A stretch of DNA of 64,000 nucleotides, taken from sequence record NZ_CP096162.1; one strand, written 5' to 3'. The translations under genes and the position numbers were made by a program. How positions within the stretch are numbered: position 1 is the stretch's first letter; each line of letters opens with the position of its first letter. The notes below the pieces were generated by a model. It was not told the origin of the DNA. It saw only the letters and a program-made list of their open reading frames with translations, and did not search any database. The stretch is from a plasmid. Below are positions 29,890 to 38,661 of the stretch, in pieces.

Positions 29890-30519
29890 GTGGGAAATCC
29901 GGCGTTAGAGGAAGCAGAAGAAATAAAAAAATTAAAAGAGAACCTTGCAGCTAACGGAGATAGTTTTGATGAGTGGCTTCTTATGACAGCTAAATATACA
30001 AACCAAGTGTATGAAGGCAATGAGGTTGTGGAAGAAACTTCTATTGAGACGCCAAGCTTTTGGGATAAATTTAAATATGCTTGGGTGACAACCTGGAAAT
30101 GGATTTGGAGAATGATCCAGCGTTATCGTCAATATCGGAAACAGAAGAAGGAAAAACGCAGTCATAATGAACAACCATCAGCACCAAAAGAAGAAGCCGT
30201 TCATCAAGAAAAAATGGCACAAGCGCTGACTGCAGTCATCCAAAACGTTCAAAAAGAAATGCAATATCAACTCGAAGAAGATCGTGCTGCTTCCAGGAAA
30301 CTGATTCGGCAACAGGAGAGAGCCATAAAAAAGAGTGAACGAAAGCAGCAAATGTTACTAAAAGACGTTAAACGGAGACAAACAACTACGCAATCTTTAT
30401 CTGTCATCCGTTCGGTTTTTCCGTGGGCTGTTGTCATTGGTACGGTTGTTTGTATTTATCTCATTTATCAAAGTCAACCTGAATGGATCGTACATGTTTG
30501 GAAAAAGATAGATGGATAA
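29890..30519 (+). CDS. Hypothetical charged coiled-coil protein with a C-terminal transmembrane anchor
   Basis: RBS AAGGAGGGAG. Hydrophobic helix near the C-terminus. Confidence 0.45.
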   Translation: MGNPALEEAEEIKKLKENLAANGDSFDEWLLMTAKYTNQVYEGNEVVEETSIETPSFWDKFKYAWVTTWKWIWRMIQRYRQYRKQKKEKRSHNEQPSAPKEEAVHQEKMAQALTAVIQNVQKEMQYQLEEDRAASRKLIRQQERAIKKSERKQQMLLKDVKRRQTTTQSLSVIRSVFPWAVVIGTVVCIYLIYQSQPEWIVHVWKKIDG

Positions 30520-30550
30520 ACAATATCTCAAATTATAAGGAGGATAAAAA

Positions 30551-30730
30551 ATGAATTATGTTATTTATGCAGTTATTGCTATTGTATTAGCTTTTGTGGT
30601 GCTAACGCTTGTTAGTTTATGGAAAAGAGATCTTCAAGAAAGTTTCAAGAAAATAGTCATTGTCTCTTTTGCAGCTGGAGTTGTGGTTGATGTTCTTTAT
30701 CTTATGCTTCATGGGTTTTTGATTGCATGA
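30551..30730 (+). CDS. 59-aa two-helix membrane mini-protein
   Basis: RBS AAGGAGGA. Not in the ORF track. Overlaps the next gene (ATGA). Confidence 0.35.
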   Translation: MNYVIYAVIAIVLAFVVLTLVSLWKRDLQESFKKIVIVSFAAGVVVDVLYLMLHGFLIA

Positions 30731-31581
30731 TCATACCTATCAGTAAGATGATCCGACGGTTAAAACTAGATGAAAAGACGACACGGTACACATGGACACT
30801 TACCATAAGTGTTTTGGTACGTAGGCTTGTTGAAGCAATGACTGCGATCTTTATAGTAGGAGTAGGATTTATTGGCATGCAAAGTTGGACCACTTGGATA
30901 GAAAAAGGTTTATCTGGAAATGAGGTAAGCACCAAATACTTAAAAGGAATGGCTGATGGTTATACAGTTTGCTGGATGCTACTTTATTTCGTTGCCTTTA
31001 TTTTTCTTCTCTCATTCGTGATGATGCGGATTCCTAGTGAAAAAAAATGGTGGGGGATTTTAACTATTGGAAATCTCTTTATTAATTCATTTGGTTTAAG
31101 TGCTTGGTTATTTAATCCTTATCTCAACAATCAAGGAAGAAAACATGCTTTGATACTTCTTGGAATATCCATTTTTCTAGTCGGCATCGTGAAATTTACG
31201 GAGTGGTATCTGAAGCGGAAAATCATGAAGGACATTATAAAAAATTGGCCTAAAGAGAATGTTTATTTAACAGACTTTAATCCCACTGAAGAACAAATTA
31301 AAGATTCTATATTACCAATCAATCATGAATGGGAACGCTACATTATAAGCGATGAGATATTTACGGTTCGCTATAAATGTCTCAAAAGTAATTACAAAAG
31401 AATCCAAAAGGATACCAGTGATATACAGCAACAAAAAGGAAACGAGCAACTAATTGTTACTCGGAAAATTAAGATCAATCAAGCTGTCGAAATGGATATG
31501 CTTAAAGAGATCAGAATTGTTACGAAAAGTCATCCGATTGTCTCTAAAATAATCCATCCTATGGAAGCAACAAAATTATAA
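30727..31581 (+). CDS. Polytopic membrane protein with a cytoplasmic C-terminal domain, unknown function
   Basis: 4-5 N-terminal transmembrane helices. Confidence 0.45.
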   Translation: MIIPISKMIRRLKLDEKTTRYTWTLTISVLVRRLVEAMTAIFIVGVGFIGMQSWTTWIEKGLSGNEVSTKYLKGMADGYTVCWMLLYFVAFIFLLSFVMMRIPSEKKWWGILTIGNLFINSFGLSAWLFNPYLNNQGRKHALILLGISIFLVGIVKFTEWYLKRKIMKDIIKNWPKENVYLTDFNPTEEQIKDSILPINHEWERYIISDEIFTVRYKCLKSNYKRIQKDTSDIQQQKGNEQLIVTRKIKINQAVEMDMLKEIRIVTKSHPIVSKIIHPMEATKL

Positions 31582-31605
31582 ATAGTTGGGAAGGAAGTTG
31601 AGAAA

Positions 31606-31785
31606 ATGTCAACAAAAGTAGAAAGAGATCGAAATAAAAAACTAGCACAAACGATTATGGGCGTTAATGGAGTTGACTATGATGAATGGTTAAACCAGCA
31701 GCATAGTGACTACATTGCCCAAAATGCAGATATCCTTATGAAAGGAGTAAAATCCTTAGAAAAACAAATAAACGTTACTAACTGA
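31606..31785 (+). CDS. Hypothetical 59-aa soluble protein
   Basis: RBS GGAAGGAAG. Followed directly by a terminator. Confidence 0.3.
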   Translation: MSTKVERDRNKKLAQTIMGVNGVDYDEWLNQQHSDYIAQNADILMKGVKSLEKQINVTN

Positions 31786-31816
31786 CCATGTAGTGAAGCT
31801 ACATGGTTTTTTTATT
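31786..31816 (+). terminator. Terminator ACCATGTAGTGAAGCTACATGGT + TTTTTTT
   Basis: Perfect 9-bp stem with a T-run. Sub-operon boundary. Confidence 0.55.
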
Positions 31817-31894
31817 GGGTTTGGTCGTTTCCCCAGCTATTCATAAAATTTTGTATCAGCGAAAAACGGAACCAACTTTGAAGGAGGAAGGAAC

Positions 31895-32185
31895 ATGAAT
31901 CAACTTTATCTTGCCACTATGGCAAAAATCCATCTTGCGGTAGGAGCAGCGGACGGAATGAATGGATTGATCCGAACCGGTCAAGGAGTCATCAAATGGC
32001 TTCAAAAAGGAGCGTTAGTGGGCGCGGCCATCGCGTTATGCTGGGGTGGTTACTTATTAATGCTTGGTGGAACGAATGGGCGACGTTCCTGCATTCCTAT
32101 TTTTCTAGGTGCTGCAGCTGGACTTGTCATTGTTATGGGTTGCTATCAACTCGCAAACGGCGTTAATACTAACGTCAAATTCTAA
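31895..32185 (+). CDS. VirB2/TrbC-like pilin-type protein (signal-like N-terminus, two hydrophobic helices, Gly/Ala-rich)
   Basis: 96 aa. Hydrophobic helices separated by a short polar loop; the layout is typical of T4SS pilins. Confidence 0.4.
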   Translation: MNQLYLATMAKIHLAVGAADGMNGLIRTGQGVIKWLQKGALVGAAIALCWGGYLLMLGGTNGRRSCIPIFLGAAAGLVIVMGCYQLANGVNTNVKF

Positions 32186-32238
32186 TAAAGAGAAGAGAGG
32201 GGATATCCTCTCTCTTTTTTACTTTTGAGGAGGTACCT

Positions 32239-32721
32239 ATGATTATAGAAAAAAAAGAAACGACCATAGAGAAAAGAAATCTCTTCAGTAGATGCTTTCA
32301 ACGTTATCAACAAAAAAGGGAAACAAGTATTTTATTTCATTCCATCTTATTTGATTATGAAGAGCTGAAACAAAAATACACCTTTGAAAACGGGAAAATC
32401 ATTGCAGCTGAAGAGAGTGATATACGTGCATTTAAGGAAAAATGGTTCTCGGAGGAACGTATCGATCAGATTGAAGAGGCTTTTCCAATGATTCGAGTTT
32501 TCTTGCTTCAAGAAGAGGGCCTGTTGAAAAGCGACATAGTAGATGGAGAAAAAGTTTTATTTCTCCAGCATGTCGGTAATATTTTGACAACCTGGAAACA
32601 ACAAAAAGTTTTTCCATGCTTATCGATTGCAAATAGTGTATTTCCACTTCATGAATTTATTATCCCGATGCTTTTTACTGCTTCCCTTGGCTTTATAGTT
32701 ATGAAGTATATTGGTGCTTAG
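32239..32721 (+). CDS. Hypothetical protein
   Basis: RBS GAGGAGG. Confidence 0.4.
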   Translation: MIIEKKETTIEKRNLFSRCFQRYQQKRETSILFHSILFDYEELKQKYTFENGKIIAAEESDIRAFKEKWFSEERIDQIEEAFPMIRVFLLQEEGLLKSDIVDGEKVLFLQHVGNILTTWKQQKVFPCLSIANSVFPLHEFIIPMLFTASLGFIVMKYIGA

Positions 32722-32739
32722 AAGAAAGGAGGAAAACGG

Positions 32740-35289
32740 ATGCATAAAACAGCAGGAAAATTTAGATCCTTTATTGGCAGCTGGTATTTTATTCTACCGT
32801 TTTGTGTTGTACTCTTTTTGTTTTTGATCGGTCTGGCTAACTTTGGGATTCATGTTTTTGAACAGTGGAATCAAAGTGGCCCTTTAGAATTATCCAACAC
32901 AAAAACAGCACCGACTTTTACTATCAGTAGTGATTACTTTTTCCAATATGCTTACGCGGATCATCCTGGATATTACAAGGTGATCTATTTTATTGCCATT
33001 TGCATTAGTTTGAACGTGGGCTATAGGATACGTTCCAATTTAGGGACTTTATTAAAAGGACTTAAATCTGGTGGTTCTTTTGAAGTGATGAAGGAATTAA
33101 AGAAACAATATATTATGGTTCCTGAAGCCGGAACGAAATTTCCAGGAGAAGGGGGAATGCCAATCGCAAGGTTTTCCTATTGGACGAAAAGAAAGGTAAC
33201 GATATTTGGAAAGCAACTAACAATATTTTGGCTCACTTACCGTCTATTAGTAGATAACAGTAATACGAATACAATGCTTTTGGGAACAACCAGATCTGGT
33301 AAATTCGTTTATTTCTTTTCCTATTACATCGATAATTTGTCACGTGCGCTGCTTTTAAAAGATCGGCCTAGTTTTGTTATATCCGATTTAAAAGGTGAGA
33401 TCCTCGTTGCGTTCAAGCGTTTATTAGAAGCAAGAGGATATGATGTTCATGCTTTAAACTTAATCGATCTTAAATTATCTATGTTTTATAATCCCTTACA
33501 AAAAGTCATTGATGCCTATATTGCAGGAGAGTATGACGAGGCACAAAAAGAATGCGCCACGATCGCAAAGATCTTATATAGCGAAGAAGGAGACTCCAAA
33601 AACAAATACTTTACAAATTCTGCGCAACATCTATTTTCAGCGCTAGTCCTAGCGATTTGCGATAAAGCAATAAATGTGACACGTCATATCACTATTGCAG
33701 ATGGAAAAATAGAACCGCTTACGGACCTTTCTAAAGAAATCATTATCAGGGGAAATAAAGGAGATAGGGTACTGTTGACGTATCCAAATGGCGAGCACAA
33801 ACAAATTGATTTTCTTCTATCAGAAACGAAGCATATTCCGCTAGAGGAGAAACTTCAAAAGGAGCAAACCTTTACCTTCCAGTTTGTAGATCGCGAAACA
33901 GGGGAAGTGGAGACCTTCAATGTTCCGGTATTTGAGACACACATTGAGACAATTACGCTTTATGGTGTCTATATGTTAATTCGGAAACTAGGAACAAGTT
34001 CGAGTAAGGTTGAAATCATGAGGACTGTTAATGGAGAAAAAATTCCAGATGAAAAACAAGCTTTAGAGTATTACTTTGAACAATTCGATGATCATCATCC
34101 AGCTGGTAACCAGTTTGCCCAAAGTGAATTTGGATCATCTGATTCCAAAGGAGACGTCTTCAGTACCACCGTTGAAAAATTATCTCAATTTTCACTTGGT
34201 GCTAACGGCCGTGTTACTTCAAAAAATAGTTTGGATTTTGAAAACATTGGTTTTGGGGATAGACCTGTTGCGTTATTCTTACTGATTCCTGAATCAGACA
34301 AATCAAATAACATGTTAGCATCTATTGCAATCAAACAAGTGTATCAAGCTAATATCAATCGCGCAAACAAAACACCAGGACGTAAATGTAAACGAAAAAT
34401 TTACTTTATGCTCGATGAAGCTGGTAACTTAATTCGCATTGAAGATTTAGATACTATGATGACGATGGGACTAGGCGCAAATATGATCTTCACATTAGGA
34501 CTTCAAGAAATTATTCAGCTTGAGAAAGTGTATGGTGCGCAAGATGCGGAAACCATACGCGGTGCTTGTGGGAACACGGTTTATTTGAAGTCTAGCTTAG
34601 GCAAAACGAATAAAAGCATCAGTGAAGAACTCGGCACCTATGAATATGAATCGAAAAGTCGTTCTGGCCAAACCTTCAGTTTGGATAAACATAAAAGTGA
34701 GAGCGTGGACGATCGGCCGCTTATGCGTCCAGAGGAACTTGCATTACTTAGAAAAGGAGAGATGATTATTTACCGAACGATGAAACGTGAAGATAACAAA
34801 GGGAAGGACATTACACCTAGACCGATTTTTATTCATGGTAAAAATCGAATTTTACCATCTTATAAAAGACTGAAAAACTGGATATCTATAAAAGGTAAGT
34901 CTTTGCAAACGATTGGACTTCCAGAGGAGGTTGGGAAAGTAGATTTAGAAGCTATCACACCAACAGACTATATTCCATATGCGAAGCAAATGCATGCCAA
35001 TAGACCTTATTTTCCGGATAGTTTCTTCCAATCATCTTGGGAAAATCAATCTCCAACAACGTTCTTCAGTGAAGCGCAGCGCAAGCAAATACAAACTTTA
35101 TTAGAAAAAGAACCCAACCTAGATATAGAGCAGAATCAACATTTATTAAATCCTTCCACGATGGAAGGTTTTTTAGATAACTGGAAGTTATTAAAGCAAC
35201 AACAATTCCTAAGTGATAAAGTATACAGTTTGATTCTTGCGTGGATCGAGCAAGGAATTGAAGCAAGCAAAAGAGAGGAGGCAAGTTAA
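32740..35289 (+). CDS. Type IV coupling protein (VirD4/TraG/TcpA-like, FtsK-like ATPase) with N-terminal transmembrane helices
   Basis: 849 aa. Walker A GTTRSGKF, Walker B IYFMLDEAGN. Confidence 0.78.
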   Translation: MHKTAGKFRSFIGSWYFILPFCVVLFLFLIGLANFGIHVFEQWNQSGPLELSNTKTAPTFTISSDYFFQYAYADHPGYYKVIYFIAICISLNVGYRIRSNLGTLLKGLKSGGSFEVMKELKKQYIMVPEAGTKFPGEGGMPIARFSYWTKRKVTIFGKQLTIFWLTYRLLVDNSNTNTMLLGTTRSGKFVYFFSYYIDNLSRALLLKDRPSFVISDLKGEILVAFKRLLEARGYDVHALNLIDLKLSMFYNPLQKVIDAYIAGEYDEAQKECATIAKILYSEEGDSKNKYFTNSAQHLFSALVLAICDKAINVTRHITIADGKIEPLTDLSKEIIIRGNKGDRVLLTYPNGEHKQIDFLLSETKHIPLEEKLQKEQTFTFQFVDRETGEVETFNVPVFETHIETITLYGVYMLIRKLGTSSSKVEIMRTVNGEKIPDEKQALEYYFEQFDDHHPAGNQFAQSEFGSSDSKGDVFSTTVEKLSQFSLGANGRVTSKNSLDFENIGFGDRPVALFLLIPESDKSNNMLASIAIKQVYQANINRANKTPGRKCKRKIYFMLDEAGNLIRIEDLDTMMTMGLGANMIFTLGLQEIIQLEKVYGAQDAETIRGACGNTVYLKSSLGKTNKSISEELGTYEYESKSRSGQTFSLDKHKSESVDDRPLMRPEELALLRKGEMIIYRTMKREDNKGKDITPRPIFIHGKNRILPSYKRLKNWISIKGKSLQTIGLPEEVGKVDLEAITPTDYIPYAKQMHANRPYFPDSFFQSSWENQSPTTFFSEAQRKQIQTLLEKEPNLDIEQNQHLLNPSTMEGFLDNWKLLKQQQFLSDKVYSLILAWIEQGIEASKREEAS

Positions 35290-35292
35290 TTT

Positions 35293-37497
35293 ATGGCAGT
35301 AAAAGATGAAACTGTTATAAAGCTCCATCAGAAGTTTCATGAACTTCTGCATCCCTCCAATATTGGTGTAGATATGATGCATAATATGGGCTGGTCATTT
35401 GTAAACGGACTCGCATGGATTATGGATCAATTGGAGGGCATCACAGATAACGTGTTATCCTTTTTTGGTTTCTTTAAATCGGCTCCAGTCAAGCAATTTA
35501 TTCAAGACTTCAAGCCGTTGTTAGTGGTTCTACTAGCCATTTCTTTTATGTATGTAGGCTATCTACTGATATTTCAACGTAAATTTGATCGGTCGCTTAT
35601 TCTCATTAACATGGTCCTGGCTATTTTCATGATCATTGCCCTTCCACATGGAATGAATAAAGGGGTTGAATTTACAAAAGAAGCAGTGACTGTCATTAAG
35701 AAACAAGGCACGAAGGCGAATGATACAAGTACGGCAGATAGTATCATACGAAAAAACACCTATGACCTAGCTCTTTTAGATGCAAAAGGGTGGAAGAAAA
35801 AGTCAAATGGCATAGTCAATTATTCTTCAGATACGCTGCGTAATTTATCGATGGACAGCACGATCGATGAAGATTTTGAACCAAAAAAAGGGAAAGAACT
35901 GTCGGAGAAAACACAACGTGTGTTGGAAACAAAGCTCTCTGCTGATGCTGAAGGGGAAGCAAAGTTAGAAGATTTAAATACAGGCTTAATGTCTAAAATC
36001 CTTCCAAGTGCTTATTATCGGTTTAAAGTAAACTATGGACCTGTTTTATGGCAACTCTTAGTCGGATCGCTTGTATTATGTTTTATTACGTATAAACTGT
36101 TGCGTGTTTCCTATGACTTTGCTATGAACCGAGTAATTTTTAATTTTGTTGCAGTATTAAATTTCCCTAGTTGGCAAAAAATAAAAGTCGTGATCAATGA
36201 CATACTGACTTCTCTGGCCATTGTGCCAGTGATGTTTATCAATTATAAAATGTATTTTTGGTGGGTGGAATTTGCTAATCATACTACCAATAATATTATT
36301 CTTCAATGTATTGCTGCATTAGTTGGTGCACTGGCTGTTATGGACGGACCAAATGTGATTGAAAAAATTGTTGGTGCCGATGCTGGACTTAAATCCGGAT
36401 GGAAAACGGCAGCAGGATTGTTTGCTGGCACGCAAGCTGCTAAGAACATTGGCGTAGGTATTAAAAATATGACTGGTAACTTTGCTCGTCGCGCAGGGAA
36501 AACGATGGACTTTGCAGGTGCGGCGGTTGGTGCAACAGGTGGGGGTGTTGCCGGGAATCTAGCAGGCTATTTCAGTAACAAAGGAAAAGAAAGTGGTGGA
36601 GATAAGACAGATAAAAAATCTTCTCCTTATAATTCCACAGTGACTGCTGGAAAAGAAAAGCCAGGAGAGACTAGTGGTGATGGAACCGGTGGTAGTGTGC
36701 CGAGCAAGGATAGTAAAGAAGCAAATCCACTTACCAAACATGCTAACGCTAATACGATAAAAGCACAAAGTCCAGAAACTGGATCTCTTGGGACGAATGA
36801 TTCTATGAATACTCCAGATTTCAAAGAGGATAACCCTCTCCAACAAAACGGAAACATAGGGGCTGATCAAACAGCGTCTGAAAATCAGAAGGAACAGCCA
36901 AATCAAGCTGATGAAAAAGATAAAGGGAATACCGATGCTAATAAACTTCAAACAAATCCAAAAACTACTACAGCATCGCTGTCCGCTGATAAATCAAAAG
37001 CTGCGGAAAGTATTTCTCCATCAAAAGCAAGTAACGGATCAAAGGTTGCTTCGCCCGATCAGACACAAGGAAAAACAACTTCTACATCACCAGGGAACAT
37101 CGCTTCTCCTGTATCTAGTAGCGATACGAGCATGATGACACCTTCTGCCTCATCTGGTGATGCAATTAGTGGAGGAGGAGTGACAGGCAACGAGCCACCA
37201 GCTGGCTATCAAGACTCGCAGAATGATACAAGTTCTCCAGAACCAACCACGCAACAAGTGGAGAATGTGAGTCAAGCGGTCGATCAAGCAGTAGCGGATC
37301 AAGTAACCCCTGCAAGACCAACAGAAAATCGTACGGTTGGGGAGTTCGCAAAAGATGTGGTGAAGGACAAAATCGTAAGACCTATTGCCAATACTAGAAC
37401 GGTACGGGCTTCGAAGAAATCGTTTGAAATTAGTAGGAATTCTGCTATCAAACGTGCATCGAAGAAAAATACGATCCCACCGAGAGGAGGTAAATAA
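35293..37497 (+). CDS. VirB6-like polytopic T4SS channel protein (ConG/Orf15/TcpH-type) with a long S/T/N/Q-rich disordered C-terminus
   Basis: At least 6 transmembrane helices, then about 300 aa of low complexity. Confidence 0.5.
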   Translation: MAVKDETVIKLHQKFHELLHPSNIGVDMMHNMGWSFVNGLAWIMDQLEGITDNVLSFFGFFKSAPVKQFIQDFKPLLVVLLAISFMYVGYLLIFQRKFDRSLILINMVLAIFMIIALPHGMNKGVEFTKEAVTVIKKQGTKANDTSTADSIIRKNTYDLALLDAKGWKKKSNGIVNYSSDTLRNLSMDSTIDEDFEPKKGKELSEKTQRVLETKLSADAEGEAKLEDLNTGLMSKILPSAYYRFKVNYGPVLWQLLVGSLVLCFITYKLLRVSYDFAMNRVIFNFVAVLNFPSWQKIKVVINDILTSLAIVPVMFINYKMYFWWVEFANHTTNNIILQCIAALVGALAVMDGPNVIEKIVGADAGLKSGWKTAAGLFAGTQAAKNIGVGIKNMTGNFARRAGKTMDFAGAAVGATGGGVAGNLAGYFSNKGKESGGDKTDKKSSPYNSTVTAGKEKPGETSGDGTGGSVPSKDSKEANPLTKHANANTIKAQSPETGSLGTNDSMNTPDFKEDNPLQQNGNIGADQTASENQKEQPNQADEKDKGNTDANKLQTNPKTTTASLSADKSKAAESISPSKASNGSKVASPDQTQGKTTSTSPGNIASPVSSSDTSMMTPSASSGDAISGGGVTGNEPPAGYQDSQNDTSSPEPTTQQVENVSQAVDQAVADQVTPARPTENRTVGEFAKDVVKDKIVRPIANTRTVRASKKSFEISRNSAIKRASKKNTIPPRGGK

Positions 37498-37499
37498 GC

Positions 37500-37853
37500 A
37501 TGGATGACAATCCAAGAGAACTTAGTATCACGATTCCAAAAGAAATCAAGTCAGAAATCAAACTAAAAAAGAATATATATTTAAAAGACTTTTTTACGAT
37601 GATAGGGTTAATTCCAATAACCATGATTTTCATGAATTTTGTCCATAGTTCTGTTATGTATTATTTTTATGGGTTGATGGCAGTCATTGCGATTACGTTG
37701 CTTATTCGACCGAAAAGTAATCCCGACTTACGGATTTATAGTGCTGTTTATTTAGCTTTAACGAGAAACCGAGCAAGATATCGTGCAGTGGATATGAATA
37801 TTGGCGATGCCATGTTATTTGAGGAGGAAGAAAATGGCCACTTTGAAGGATGA
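37500..37853 (+). CDS. Small two-transmembrane-helix protein (VirB3/ConB-like candidate)
   Basis: 117 aa, two adjacent hydrophobic helices, precedes the ATPase. Confidence 0.35.
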   Translation: MDDNPRELSITIPKEIKSEIKLKKNIYLKDFFTMIGLIPITMIFMNFVHSSVMYYFYGLMAVIAITLLIRPKSNPDLRIYSAVYLALTRNRARYRAVDMNIGDAMLFEEEENGHFEG

Positions 37854-38649
37854 ACATTTCCAAAAAAAGATAAAATCAGCCGTCCATCAACGTGTACGCG
37901 AAAAAAACACGACGATCGAGAAAACGAAAAAGCCCTTGTCTAAGACAGGGGCTTTTTCTGATAAGTCGGATAGTGTAGACGTCACTGTTTTAAACATAGG
38001 GCGCGAGGTATTACCCTCAAAAAATAAAGAACCTGATCAGCAAGTAAGGAAACCAGAAAAAACAAAAAGGGTTGCTAAAAAGCAACGGAAGCCCAAAGAA
38101 CGACGGATTAAAGTTCGACCTATTACCGTAAAACGAACGACAGCGGACGCTATTCCTTACGTCGAACTAGAGGATAATCATCGGCTTAAAATGAGAGGCC
38201 AAGTAGATACCTATTCGACGATTGTTCAAATTAATACCGATGATCATTTTGTGAAAAATAATGATGACTTATGGTTATATCTCCAGGCGCAAACTAATTT
38301 TTATCGGGTTTATTCCGGGGATATTAAAATTATTGGTATGCGATATCCGGTAATTACTAAAACGCAAGTAACACATCTGATCGCAAAGCAAGAACAAACG
38401 GAAGATCCATTGATGATCCAGTTATTAGATGAAGAGATCGATCAGTGTCGAGCTATTGAACAGACAAAAACAGTCAAAGAGTTTTTTATGGTTCTATACG
38501 GCTCATCGATTATTGAACTGGAAAAAAATGTGCGGACTGCCTATCAACTTGCAGGTCACTTGCCTGGATTAATAGAAATGTCTGATGAAAAAATTATCGC
38601 AGTACTAAACAAGTTAAATAATATTGAGAAAAAAATACTCATTAATTAG
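37801..38649 (+). CDS. Hypothetical basic protein. Could be a separated N-terminal module of the VirB4-like ATPase.
   Basis: 282 aa. Ends 13 nt before the VirB4-like gene. Confidence 0.4.
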   Translation: MAMPCYLRRKKMATLKDEHFQKKIKSAVHQRVREKNTTIEKTKKPLSKTGAFSDKSDSVDVTVLNIGREVLPSKNKEPDQQVRKPEKTKRVAKKQRKPKERRIKVRPITVKRTTADAIPYVELEDNHRLKMRGQVDTYSTIVQINTDDHFVKNNDDLWLYLQAQTNFYRVYSGDIKIIGMRYPVITKTQVTHLIAKQEQTEDPLMIQLLDEEIDQCRAIEQTKTVKEFFMVLYGSSIIELEKNVRTAYQLAGHLPGLIEMSDEKIIAVLNKLNNIEKKILIN

Positions 38650-38661
38650 GAGGAGATAAAA

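Noticed and set aside
36559-37515. Several 60-130-aa ORFs sense and antisense within the 3' low-complexity part of the VirB6-like gene
   Set aside because: They are embedded in the S/T/N-rich repeat-like coding region of a larger supported gene. Compositional artefacts.
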